In this document: one piece after another, positions 21,406 through 31,065 of the stretch | Numbering within the stretch: position 1 is the stretch's first letter | How the letters are laid out: the number at the start of each line of letters is the position of its first letter | Position numbers and translations under genes: made by a program | Source of the DNA: Gammaproteobacteria bacterium | GTDB taxonomy: Bacteria; Pseudomonadota; Gammaproteobacteria; JAADJB01 | Direction: 5' to 3' | DNA length: 64,000 nt | NCBI GenBank assembly: GCA_013151035.1 | Contig: JAADJB010000009.1 | Span: 338 to 64,337 of the forward strand | The notes under the pieces: model-generated | Database searches by the model: none | Told to the model about the DNA's origin: nothing | Seen by the model: the letters and a program-made list of their open reading frames with translations, nothing else

Positions 21406-22031
21406 ATATCGTCATCCTGACGGGCACTGCGTATCTTGTTACGCATCAAGCGTCGGCGTTGTATAACATTCACTGTAATCAATGCAAATAGAATCACCCC
21501 AAGAGCAATACCAATAATCCCCATTGATGTATCCTGTCCAATGGTCAGGGGGAAGTCGATAATATACGGCTCACCCCCAGCTTCAAATTTTGCCGTAATG
21601 ATATACTCACCATTTTTCTTGAATAAAAAACCCTGTCGATACACACCATCATAGACTGGCTGTACCCCCAGCATTTCTTCATTATCATCCTCAAACCATC
21701 CATTATTACGTACTGTAAAGGTAATATCACCATCAAAGGTATCACCATTATCAATCCGTGAAAGATACACATTCACCCGCCCGTTCTCACCTGGTTTTGG
21801 AAATGCAGGAAAAACCATATAGGTAATAAAATAGTCACCCATCTGGGTCTCCACCTGCATACTGGGCGGAGTATTGGAGTCTTCATTCAGACTATAGGCA
21901 GGACGACCAAGAACATGATGAGCTAATAATTCGGTAGAAATCAACAGCACTATCAATCCTGTAAAAATTGATTGCTCTATTATTTTATTCTTGGGAAAAA
22001 AACTGTTTATCATTAAGGTCCCCTTAAGCAT
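21402..22031 (-). CDS. hypothetical periplasmic protein with N-terminal signal anchor and C-terminal TM helix
   Basis: 209 aa. It overlaps the flanking genes by 4 and 8 bp (operonic). No recognised motif. Confidence 0.4.
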   Translation of the reverse strand: MLKGTLMINSFFPKNKIIEQSIFTGLIVLLISTELLAHHVLGRPAYSLNEDSNTPPSMQVETQMGDYFITYMVFPAFPKPGENGRVNVYLSRIDNGDTFDGDITFTVRNNGWFEDDNEEMLGVQPVYDGVYRQGFLFKKNGEYIITAKFEAGGEPYIIDFPLTIGQDTSMGIIGIALGVILFALITVNVIQRRRLMRNKIRSARQDDDI

Positions 22032-22635
22032 TATGTCTTGTTACCGTGCCCTGCACAGATTCAACAATCCTTATTGGTAAAGATGGGTGTGGGCAAACCT
22101 CTACACAAATCCCACAGCCAACACAACCATCCTCTTTTATATACGGTCTGTACATATTAGCAAATTCAAAGGCGATGGCTTTCTCCCCTAATGGACATAT
22201 ATTGACACACGCCCCGCAAATCCCTCGATCAACCCAGGGATAACAGGCTGTTCTATCAATTTGTGCAAGGCCCATATTAACTTCATGTATATCAATCTTT
22301 GTAATGGCATCTGTTGGACAAACATCCATACACTTCTGGCACAGGATACACGCCTTTAGCTCAGGATCTATATAGGGCGTATTAACCCCGTTACCACCCT
22401 CTCGTTTCTCGAACAGGATACACCGAGGCGGACAAACCTCCCCACAAAGCCCACATCCTATACAGGCTCTGATAAAATCATCCTCATTGACAAGAGCCCC
22501 CGGTGGGCGTAAATGATTCGAGAAATCAAACGTTGTAAGCGGAACCATTAATCGACCAATAGCATAAGGAACTGATGCCAGACCAAAGGTACTTGCTGCA
22601 ACAATCATTTTTTTTAAAAGATCACGTCGCCGCAT
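22024..22635 (-). CDS. napG: NapG/MauM-family periplasmic ferredoxin (TAT signal, 4x[4Fe-4S])
   Basis: Twin-arginine motif RRRDLLK and four Cys clusters. 203 aa. Confidence 0.75.
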   Translation of the reverse strand: MRRRDLLKKMIVAASTFGLASVPYAIGRLMVPLTTFDFSNHLRPPGALVNEDDFIRACIGCGLCGEVCPPRCILFEKREGGNGVNTPYIDPELKACILCQKCMDVCPTDAITKIDIHEVNMGLAQIDRTACYPWVDRGICGACVNICPLGEKAIAFEFANMYRPYIKEDGCVGCGICVEVCPHPSLPIRIVESVQGTVTRHNA

Positions 22636-23632
22636 CCTGTTTACCCTGTACCTGATTTAATCGGATATATTGCTTACCTAAATGTCCCGGCCCCTGATTA
22701 CCCTCATCCTTGATTTTCACCACAAAGGTCATTGCATCGGTTGGACAAACTGCGATACATGCCGTGCAATTATTACATTCTTGTCCAAAATCATCATGCA
22801 ACGGATCCAGACCAAACTCACATACCGCATTACATTTGGCACAATCGTTACAATTATCCACAATGCGTTTAATACGAAACATTCTGAATCGACCAAGCAG
22901 CGAGTAAAGTGCACCGCCAGGGCATATATAACGACAAAATCCACGCCGGGATACGAACAAATCAAATAATAAGGTTAAAATAAAGAACACCAACCCTGAG
23001 CCAAAACCGCCTAATGCAATTGCAAAATAAAGCTCACGACCAATAATTGCAGGAGGATAAATAATCGATATCAAAACCGAACCACTAATGACACAAAGCC
23101 CCAGGCCAATAGCGAGCACCAGATACTTCATGCGTCGATCAAGCTTTCTATGTCCTGCCCTGATACCAAGATCCTGTAACCATAGCGAAACAATTGTATT
23201 AAGCTCATAAAGAAAGTTAGCGGGACAAATCCAGCCACAAAAAAAACGTCCGAATACCACTGTAAATATAACCGGCACCAAGGCCGTTAAAACAAATGGC
23301 CAATAGATAGACATACTTGCGGCAAGCTGACCAATAACGGCCAAAGGATCTGATATTTGATAACCAAAGAAATTGCCTGACCATGTGGTACCTTTAATGG
23401 CATCCAGTTCCTGTGCAGGATCATCAACAAACGGCGAGGTAATTGCCTCCATAATATCAAATAGGAATTTCTCTGATTCATCGAGTAAATCATAGGAAAA
23501 TGAGGCTACAAAAGTTTGGTAAACATGTATAAAAGGTAGTAGAACAAGCATCAAAAAAACAATACTCAAAACGACCCAACGAAGCTTGTTAAGATGCCTC
23601 CAGAGAAAGAATGGCTTAATATTATTATTCAT
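22622..23632 (-). CDS. napH: NapH/MauN-family membrane ferredoxin
   Basis: CGWICP and CRYICPGG membrane motifs plus two C-terminal [4Fe-4S] motifs. The likely start is ATG at 23632, 5 nt after the upstream napG stop. The track ORF extends to 23752. Confidence 0.75.
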   Translation of the reverse strand: MNNNIKPFFLWRHLNKLRWVVLSIVFLMLVLLPFIHVYQTFVASFSYDLLDESEKFLFDIMEAITSPFVDDPAQELDAIKGTTWSGNFFGYQISDPLAVIGQLAASMSIYWPFVLTALVPVIFTVVFGRFFCGWICPANFLYELNTIVSLWLQDLGIRAGHRKLDRRMKYLVLAIGLGLCVISGSVLISIIYPPAIIGRELYFAIALGGFGSGLVFFILTLLFDLFVSRRGFCRYICPGGALYSLLGRFRMFRIKRIVDNCNDCAKCNAVCEFGLDPLHDDFGQECNNCTACIAVCPTDAMTFVVKIKDEGNQGPGHLGKQYIRLNQVQGKQDAAT

Positions 23633-23636
23633 TCCC

Positions 23637-24233
23637 CTATACCGTCCTTCTAATGTGATCAGGGATAATCCTGATTGCCTGTGGTAATTGAATACATGAC
23701 CGTTCACACAGACCACAACCGACACAACCATCCAGCACATGGGGTTGCTCAAGCATACCTACCCTTATCGCTACATCCTGCAATGGACAGGCTCGATAAC
23801 AAACACCACAGGTCTTTCCCTGATAGGATAAACACAGACTTTTTTCAACGCGAGCCTTACCCATTCGTACATAACCAAGGATATCTTCCGCAGTTCGTTC
23901 AAGTGGCTTTATAGCACCCGTCGGGCATACATCACCACATTTCATACAAAGGATACAGGCCTTGGTACGTGGGATAATATAAGGCGTATTAAGAGACTTG
24001 ACTCCATTCTCCAGATTGAAATATTCAATACAACGATTAGGACAAACCTCACTGCATTGACCACAACGAATACAGCGGCTTTCAAATATATCTTCTGGCA
24101 ATGACCCCGGAGGCCGTAGAAACCTCAACCCTGTTTGCTGTGAAAAAGCGGCCTCAAGTAAAGATGACTTCAACACAGTGCTTGCTACCGCACCGGCAAT
24201 AAGCTCTTTAAAAAACTTTCGTCTTTCCATCAA
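23637..24233 (-). CDS. napG: NapG/MauM-family periplasmic ferredoxin (TAT signal, 4x[4Fe-4S]); second paralogue
   Basis: RRKFF twin-arginine motif and four Cys clusters. 198 aa. Confidence 0.75.
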   Translation of the reverse strand: MMERRKFFKELIAGAVASTVLKSSLLEAAFSQQTGLRFLRPPGSLPEDIFESRCIRCGQCSEVCPNRCIEYFNLENGVKSLNTPYIIPRTKACILCMKCGDVCPTGAIKPLERTAEDILGYVRMGKARVEKSLCLSYQGKTCGVCYRACPLQDVAIRVGMLEQPHVLDGCVGCGLCERSCIQLPQAIRIIPDHIRRTV

Positions 24234-24249
24234 TTAATCACTGTTACCC

Positions 24250-24320
24250 ACATGAACACCGGTATCGAACCTACATGGATGTATTCACGGCATGTCTCTG
24301 ATAAAGATGAGTGATCCATG
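24250..24320. repeat. copy A of a small intergenic repeat family (core GGATGTATTCACGGCRTGTCT-CYGATAAAGAKGAG)
   Basis: Shares about 40/46 identity with 58344-58382 and the core with 39694-39716. It lies between the napA stop and the napG start. Confidence 0.45.
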
Positions 24321-24334
24321 CCTTGAACTCATCA

Positions 24335-27031
24335 TCAAACCTTCTCAATTCGACAGGCCAGTTTCTTGAAATCCACCTGACCCGATACAGGATCAAAGAC
24401 ACGACTGGAAACTGCATTTACTAACCATTTGTTTTTCTTCGGATCAGCACTATCTGCTACCGACAGATTCCATGGGCTAAATAAATACCCTCTTGGCACC
24501 GAGTTTCGTGCCGGTTTAACAATACTATTACTACCAACCTGAGCGCGTGCCTGATAATGACCACGACGAGTAATAAGGCGCACTTGATCACCATCCTTTA
24601 TACCCAACACCCCGGCATCATCAGGATGCATCTCTACATACATCTCGGGAACCAAACGACGTGTCGTTGGACTACGGTTGGATTTCGCGGTATGGAAATG
24701 TTCATATACGACACCGAGTCCTAACCAGTAAGGATATTGGTCTTTTGGAATATCCTCCCAGTTCTTGTCTCGATGTTCTTCATCAGGAAGATCCGGTGTT
24801 AAGGCCATATCACGCGCTTGCTTCATCAAATCAAGATTATCAATAACGTAATGATCCTTCTTGACACCAAACTCCATCAGTTTCCTGGTAACTTCCTTAC
24901 GTTGACTGTAATCCTGCTTGCACAATTTAATATGCACCTTGCCATCATTGGTACGGAAATAACCATAAGGCTTGGATTCCCATACCCCTTCCTGCCCCAT
25001 ATAACGACGTTTTGCACCCCCTTCTTTTGCAATACTATACGTTGGTGCAGGCCACTGAATACCACGCAGATTAATTAACTGCTGGTACAAACCGATACCA
25101 TCAATCTTCTCAACCTCCAACATACCCGTAAGGTCAGTATCCGTCCCCCCGGAGGCCTCTACAACAGAACGGAAGATCTGCTCGGAATCGTAGAATCCTT
25201 TATCATTCCTACCCCACGGGAAGATCTTGTCACCATCCAGACCCAGAAGATCGGCGATCTCCTTACCCTTATCAATGACCATATCCATATCAGGCAGACA
25301 ACCTGGAGGTGGTGTCCCTCCCGCCTGACAGATATTAATTCGACGTTCAGAGCTAATATAAACACCCTCAACCTCACCCCAGGTCGCTGCAGGGAAGATC
25401 ACATCAGCAAATAGATTATTGGGTGCATGACGATAGATTTCCTGCACCACATTAAATGATTTCATCAATCCAGGACGAACAAGATTATGTTGATCCGGTA
25501 AATCAATATGGGTGGCATAGACCAGAAACATTGCCTTGATTTCACCCTTGTTTGCACGTTCCATCATACCAATGGCCATACCCCTGTTATCACCGTTCAT
25601 TGCAGTAATCAGGTTCTTTTCTGGCACACCCCAGGCCTTTGCCATATGTTTACGATGCTTCTCATCCTTTAGTGGCAAATTAAAGGGTAGACGCCCGGTT
25701 AAACCACCCGTAAAACGCTCACCCATAGCATTAGGCTGCCCTGTCATTGAAAAAGGTCCACAACCTGGTTTTGCCAGATTACCCGTTAGCGTTAACAAAT
25801 TAATAATGGAAATAACATTGTTCTGCCCATGAATATGTTGGTTATAACCAATACCCCACATGATGATAACGCCACCATAACCATCACCAGATTGATCCAT
25901 CTTGCTTCTCGCCAGACGTTTACGGGTTGCATCCGCAAACATACCCGCTACTTTACGAATCAGCTCTGGGGTAACTTTATCAGTACCCATACGATCCTGA
26001 ACCTGCTCAGGGCTATAGCTCTTCTTCACTTCTTTAACATATTCCTTCCAGCCGGTGGAATGCTGCTTGACAAAACCCCAATCAATCACATCATCATGAT
26101 CATTCAATAACACATGAGCGATAGAATTTAATAAGCTGATATCACCATTCAGAACAGGAAGATGCACGTGGTTTTTCGGATTAATATCAGCATAACCCTG
26201 GCTTGAACCCGTCCAACGTGGATCAACAATGACGGTAGGAATATCTGTCTTCTTCTTATAATCCGCAATACGCCAATAAATGATAGGATGGGACTCTCGC
26301 GCGTTATGACCAAAATGCATAATCATATCGCTCATCTCCAGATCTTCATAAGCCAGCGGTGGCGTATCAGAACCCAGGGTGGCAAAATAACCTGTTACCG
26401 CCGAGGTCATACACATACGAGCATTGGCTTCAATAGTATTGGAACCCAGAACACCCTTCATAAATAAATTTTCGAGATACTGCCCTTCCATAGTCAACTG
26501 ACCTGAGCCATACAATGCAATCGAGTTACCGCCATATTTTTTGGCAAAATAAGCTACTTTATGTGCCACCATATTAGACGCATCATGATATGGCACACGA
26601 ACAAATAACTCTTCATCAAAGGCATTTTTGGTCTTACTGATAAAGTCCATATCACCATGATCAGGCTTATTCCATTCTTCCCACACATCTTTTCGCACGT
26701 ACGAATCACCTTCCATACGATCAACGTAGATAGGCTCCGCAGCCGTTAAACCCTTAATACACTGAAGACCATAATTGGTTGGATGATCCTTATCAGGACG
26801 CATGGAAACAATCCGACCATTCTCGGATATAATCACCGTTCCACAACCCACGCCACAATATGGACACTGTGCCAGTGCCGTTGTCCGTTTGGTTGAAGAA
26901 CTATCTGGATTTGTTGCCGCCTCCAGCTCAGGATTATCACCGACAAACAAACCGGCACCGGCAGCTGAACCTGTAATAAAGGTGCTATTCTTTATAAATT
27001 CACGTCTGGAAATATCTTTGCTACGTTTCAT
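24335..27031 (-). CDS. napA: periplasmic Mo-bisPGD oxidoreductase catalytic subunit, NapA-like nitrate reductase (898 aa, TAT signal)
   Basis: SRREFIK twin-arginine signal. CPYCGVGCG-x27-C [4Fe-4S] motif and NYGLQCIKG, closely matching the NapA N-terminus. NapG/H/F/C are encoded downstream. Divergent from NarXL. Confidence 0.8.
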   Translation of the reverse strand: MKRSKDISRREFIKNSTFITGSAAGAGLFVGDNPELEAATNPDSSSTKRTTALAQCPYCGVGCGTVIISENGRIVSMRPDKDHPTNYGLQCIKGLTAAEPIYVDRMEGDSYVRKDVWEEWNKPDHGDMDFISKTKNAFDEELFVRVPYHDASNMVAHKVAYFAKKYGGNSIALYGSGQLTMEGQYLENLFMKGVLGSNTIEANARMCMTSAVTGYFATLGSDTPPLAYEDLEMSDMIMHFGHNARESHPIIYWRIADYKKKTDIPTVIVDPRWTGSSQGYADINPKNHVHLPVLNGDISLLNSIAHVLLNDHDDVIDWGFVKQHSTGWKEYVKEVKKSYSPEQVQDRMGTDKVTPELIRKVAGMFADATRKRLARSKMDQSGDGYGGVIIMWGIGYNQHIHGQNNVISIINLLTLTGNLAKPGCGPFSMTGQPNAMGERFTGGLTGRLPFNLPLKDEKHRKHMAKAWGVPEKNLITAMNGDNRGMAIGMMERANKGEIKAMFLVYATHIDLPDQHNLVRPGLMKSFNVVQEIYRHAPNNLFADVIFPAATWGEVEGVYISSERRINICQAGGTPPPGCLPDMDMVIDKGKEIADLLGLDGDKIFPWGRNDKGFYDSEQIFRSVVEASGGTDTDLTGMLEVEKIDGIGLYQQLINLRGIQWPAPTYSIAKEGGAKRRYMGQEGVWESKPYGYFRTNDGKVHIKLCKQDYSQRKEVTRKLMEFGVKKDHYVIDNLDLMKQARDMALTPDLPDEEHRDKNWEDIPKDQYPYWLGLGVVYEHFHTAKSNRSPTTRRLVPEMYVEMHPDDAGVLGIKDGDQVRLITRRGHYQARAQVGSNSIVKPARNSVPRGYLFSPWNLSVADSADPKKNKWLVNAVSSRVFDPVSGQVDFKKLACRIEKV

Positions 27032-27091
27032 AATATTTTATTCCCGTAAAATAATGTTTTGTATATTATCATGCTTAATAAACAGCGATGC

Positions 27092-27754
27092 TTATCTAGC
27101 GGTACGATTACTTGGTTTTAAACTACGCAAGAAAGAGATAATGTCATCAATTTCGGAATCGCTCAGATTAGCCAAACCTTCCGTCCCCGAAAAACCACGC
27201 ATACGCGTATTGGATCGACCCTTTTTGATGGTTTCACGAATAAAACCATCTGATACCTTGTTCAGGAATCCAGCTCGACCAATTGCAGGGCCCACAACAC
27301 CCGCGGCATAGCCCTCACCATTCACACCATGGCAGCTTTCACATATCTCCTCAAACCACAAATCACCCTTGCGTGCATCACCGTAGGAATCAGGCTGCGC
27401 ATCAATTTCTTTGGAATGATTAGGCCCTTTTTCATGTGCCCGCAGATAGGCTACAACGGCTGTTATCTTCTTTTTGCCCAGATGTGCAAATGGAGGCATA
27501 CCGGTACCTACACGGCCATCTCTGATAGTTGACATAAAGAACCTGTCAGAAGCAACTCTGAGTAATTCCTTATTGGTCAGGGAGGGCGCAAAACCAGGTT
27601 TACCAATAGCATCAGCCTGATGACAGGCCATGCAGTTCATATCGAATATCTGCTTACCTTCCTGTACAATATTTGAAGCCGCGTACCCCATTAAGCTGAC
27701 AACAAACAGCGCGATACCAATCACCCCATTAATAAAATGTTTGTGACGCATCAT
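27092..27754 (-). CDS. diheme class I c-type cytochrome (c4-like), first gene of the nap-like operon
   Basis: Signal peptide and two CxxCH motifs (CMACHQ, CESCHG), each followed by a Met-ligand region. 220 aa. Confidence 0.8.
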   Translation of the reverse strand: MMRHKHFINGVIGIALFVVSLMGYAASNIVQEGKQIFDMNCMACHQADAIGKPGFAPSLTNKELLRVASDRFFMSTIRDGRVGTGMPPFAHLGKKKITAVVAYLRAHEKGPNHSKEIDAQPDSYGDARKGDLWFEEICESCHGVNGEGYAAGVVGPAIGRAGFLNKVSDGFIRETIKKGRSNTRMRGFSGTEGLANLSDSEIDDIISFLRSLKPSNRTAR

Positions 27755-28031
27755 AGCTATCCCCTTTATAGTTAATTAATATTCACTGGTATGAGTAATG
27801 GTTATATAGCAGCCGAACACGCATGTCCATCCTGTTCTCATAAAGTAAAGACACGTAATTTCATCTATCTACCACCAAAGTAGTAGATCATAAAACAAGA
27901 TAACCAATTGAAAAAAATAGTTATTTTTATATATTAAGAAAATTATTATAGAAACAAAAAGATCAATATATTCATTGGTAGTATCTGTATTTTATCGCTT
28001 AACTGAACAATTAAAGATACAATAAAAAACC

Positions 28032-29972
28032 ATGAACCTACGTTTACAGCATTCATTATTAACAAGCATGGGTATTGTTATGATAACAATTACCCTGCTG
28101 GCCTTTGCCAGCATGGCAGCATCATTATTTATTACCAATACTACAGAAGGCCTGGCTACCGCCATTAATGAATCGGGCACCTTACGCATGAGCTCCTACC
28201 GAATAGCAAATGAGCTTATACATAACACAGTAGATAATCGTGAACATTGGATAAAAACACATCAGCTTATTACTGAATTTGAAAAACACCTATCTAATTT
28301 CAATCTAAATAGCGTGCGCCCCAATGAGAAACATCACCACTTACACACAGGATATGCACAAACTGAGAAACAGTGGGTAGAAGAAATAAGACCATTGTTT
28401 GACACTTATCTAGATGGGATTATGGACATCCAGACAGCAGGTAACGCAGGAATGGATATGTCCATTAGTGAGGCTGCGGTTACTAATCTACGTAATCGCT
28501 ACTTTATGATCGCGCCCGATTTTGTTGCCAACATTGACAATCTTGTTGCACTGCTGGAACAAGATGCAAAAATAAAAATTAAACGCTTACGCAATTTTCA
28601 GTTCATTGTATTAATACTGACCATAATACTGGTTTTAATTGCTCTTGTTCTTATCTATAGCCGCATACAAAAACCATTAAAACAACTACTTACAGGGGCA
28701 GAAAAAGCCCGGAATGGGGACTTTTCATTTCGTTCAACCTATACGGGCAAGGATGAATTAGGACAACTGGGATCAGCCTTCAATTCCATGGCTGAAGATC
28801 TTTCAAAGATTTATACAGAGTTGGAAGAACGCGTACAACAGAAAACCATTGATCTAGAGCAAAGCAATCTATCATTAGAACTCCTCTATAAAACCGTTAA
28901 CCGCTTAAATGAAGCTGAATCTCTGAACACAACGTATCCGATAATTCTGGAGGATATAGAGAAACTACCCGGCATTGGTAAAGGTGCCATTTGTCTGAAT
29001 AATAATAAAAAAGAGAATGCTACTATGTTGGCTTCAACCTTGCCTATAGATGATCTTGTCACACAATTATGCGAAGAAACCAATTGCAGACAATGCCTGA
29101 CAGGTAAAAAAAATCATTTAATAAATATTACTGACAACAATAAAAATAAAAAACAACTACTCACTATACCTATTCAAGACCAGACCCAACAATATGGTGT
29201 TTTAATAATAGAGCAAACCAATAACAAACCTGTTACACCCTGGCAACAGCAATTACTTGAAAATATTACCAATCATATCGGGATAGCCATTAAACTCTCA
29301 CAACAATCAGCAGAAACCCGTCGACTGGCCTTAATTGAAGAACGTGGTGCCATCGCACGGGAATTACATGATTCCCTGGCACAATCACTAACCTTTATGA
29401 AGATCCAGGTAAGCCGCCTACAGGCAATATCTGAAAAATCTTCTAATAATCCCGAGGAAATAAATATTATTTCTGAATTACGTATTGGGCTTAATAGCGC
29501 CTATCGTGAATTACGCGAGTTATTAACCACCTTCCGTCTAAAAATTGATGGCAATGACTTCAATGACACATTACATAAGACCGTCCTTGAATTTAATGAT
29601 CGTAGTGAAACAAACATAAGTTGCGATAGTAAAATCACTTATTTCGACCTAAGCCCTAATGAAGAAATACATATACTCCAACTAATACGTGAAGCGCTAT
29701 CAAATATCATTCAACATGCCCATGCCTCCAGAGCCTTTCTCCTCATACAATATAATTCTGTTGGTGACATACAGATAATTATCGAAGATAACGGCATAGG
29801 AATCGATAAAGAACAATCAAAAACACATCATTATGGACTAAGCATAATGAAAGAACGCGCTAAAACACTGGATGGCACATTTGAAATAATCAATAATCAA
29901 GACACTGGAACCGAGGTTAAATTAACATTCACACCAATAAACAAGGCAACCCCTGTACAGATCAATGAATAA
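28032..29972 (+). CDS. narX: nitrate/nitrite sensor histidine kinase NarX/NarQ family
   Basis: The periplasmic P-box AINESGTLRMSSYRI matches the NarX P-box. It also has two TM segments, HAMP, a central Cys-rich module, the HisKA_3 H-box ARELHDSLAQSL, and HATPase_c. Confidence 0.85.
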   Translation: MNLRLQHSLLTSMGIVMITITLLAFASMAASLFITNTTEGLATAINESGTLRMSSYRIANELIHNTVDNREHWIKTHQLITEFEKHLSNFNLNSVRPNEKHHHLHTGYAQTEKQWVEEIRPLFDTYLDGIMDIQTAGNAGMDMSISEAAVTNLRNRYFMIAPDFVANIDNLVALLEQDAKIKIKRLRNFQFIVLILTIILVLIALVLIYSRIQKPLKQLLTGAEKARNGDFSFRSTYTGKDELGQLGSAFNSMAEDLSKIYTELEERVQQKTIDLEQSNLSLELLYKTVNRLNEAESLNTTYPIILEDIEKLPGIGKGAICLNNNKKENATMLASTLPIDDLVTQLCEETNCRQCLTGKKNHLINITDNNKNKKQLLTIPIQDQTQQYGVLIIEQTNNKPVTPWQQQLLENITNHIGIAIKLSQQSAETRRLALIEERGAIARELHDSLAQSLTFMKIQVSRLQAISEKSSNNPEEINIISELRIGLNSAYRELRELLTTFRLKIDGNDFNDTLHKTVLEFNDRSETNISCDSKITYFDLSPNEEIHILQLIREALSNIIQHAHASRAFLLIQYNSVGDIQIIIEDNGIGIDKEQSKTHHYGLSIMKERAKTLDGTFEIINNQDTGTEVKLTFTPINKATPVQINE

Positions 29973-30624
29973 AATAATTACAATTCTGGTTATTGATGAT
30001 CATCCTCTGATTCGAAGAGGCATCCGAGACCTGGTGTCCATGGATAATTCTTTTGAGGTGGTTGCCGATGCCGATAATGGCCTTAGTGGTATCGAGCTGG
30101 CAAAATCACTACAACCTGACATTATCCTGCTTGACTTTAACATGGACAAGATGAATGGACTGGAAACACTAAAAGCAATAAAGGCTGCAAACATTAATAG
30201 CCGGGTTATTATATTAACCGTATCAGATAATGAAAAAAATGTAGTTGAAACCTTACGAGCAGGTGCAGATGGCTATCTCCTGAAGGACATGGAACCGGAA
30301 GATATGCTACAACGACTGCACCAGGTTGTTAATGGGCATATTATACTTAGCCAGAAGGTATCTGAATTAATTGTCCGTGGATTACATAAAGAATCCAGTA
30401 TAAAAGCACGAGAAAAAACAGAACTAACCCAGCGTGAAGAGCAGATTTTATCTCTTGTTGCAAAAGGCCTCAGCAACAAAGTCATTGCCCGACAACTCAA
30501 TATTGTTGAATCCACAGTCAAGGTTCATGTAAAAAATATACTACGAAAATTAAATCTTCATAGTCGGGTTGAGGCAGCAGTATGGGTAGTGGAACAAAAA
30601 GCAAAAAAAAACCAGGGGAACTAG
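29965..30624 (+). CDS. narL: NarL-family response regulator (receiver + LuxR-type HTH)
   Basis: Receiver VIDDHPLIRRG...DIILLDFNM and a C-terminal GLSNKVIARQLNIVESTVKVHVKNILRKL HTH. It overlaps narX by 8 bp. Confidence 0.9.
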   Translation: MNKIITILVIDDHPLIRRGIRDLVSMDNSFEVVADADNGLSGIELAKSLQPDIILLDFNMDKMNGLETLKAIKAANINSRVIILTVSDNEKNVVETLRAGADGYLLKDMEPEDMLQRLHQVVNGHIILSQKVSELIVRGLHKESSIKAREKTELTQREEQILSLVAKGLSNKVIARQLNIVESTVKVHVKNILRKLNLHSRVEAAVWVVEQKAKKNQGN

Positions 30625-30635
30625 AGATGCTTTGA

Positions 30636-31046
30636 TCAACTCCCAGGAAAAACCGTCACCAATAATTGATCTGTTTGTATCGGATCAGAGATAAGCCATT
30701 CATCATTGTCTTTTACATAAGGGTAAACAAATAATACTGATGACATCGCTGTTTCAATCTGTAAACCAACCCCTTTTTCATCACCTGCCTCAAGGTCAGT
30801 AACCAGTGCTGTAGCAAAAACATCCTCATTAACAACAAACTCCTTCAGCTCGGCAACAATATAATCAACCTGTAAATCCATATTATCCTCAGGGTTCTTG
30901 TCAGCGGGACAATTCATTTTTAGATCATTGGAGTCATTAAATGACCTGATACCAAAAGGCACAACCAGACCATACTCATCCAGCATTGCCTTTGCCGTAT
31001 CAATACACGTTAATACCAACTGCTCAATTTTTTTATCCTGATCCAA
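30636..31046 (-). CDS. hypothetical acidic protein (136 aa)
   Basis: ORF only. No motif recognised. Confidence 0.35.
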   Translation of the reverse strand: MDQDKKIEQLVLTCIDTAKAMLDEYGLVVPFGIRSFNDSNDLKMNCPADKNPEDNMDLQVDYIVAELKEFVVNEDVFATALVTDLEAGDEKGVGLQIETAMSSVLFVYPYVKDNDEWLISDPIQTDQLLVTVFPGS

Positions 31047-31065
31047 TTAATTAACCCTCATTTTT

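Noticed and set aside
21402-22031. Assigning the 209 aa nap-cluster protein as FixH/NapL/NosL
   Set aside because: No diagnostic motif could be matched from the sequence alone, so I left it as hypothetical.
26802-27311. 169 aa plus-strand ORF spanning the napA start and the cyt c end
   Set aside because: It is antisense to two strongly supported genes with conserved cofactor motifs. It has no RBS and no recognised motif.
27755-28031. FNR or NarL binding sites in the divergent nap/narX promoter region
   Set aside because: Only partial half-sites (ATCAA, TACCACC) were found, with no convincing TTGAT-N4-ATCAA or paired TACYYMT heptamers. I am not confident enough to annotate them.
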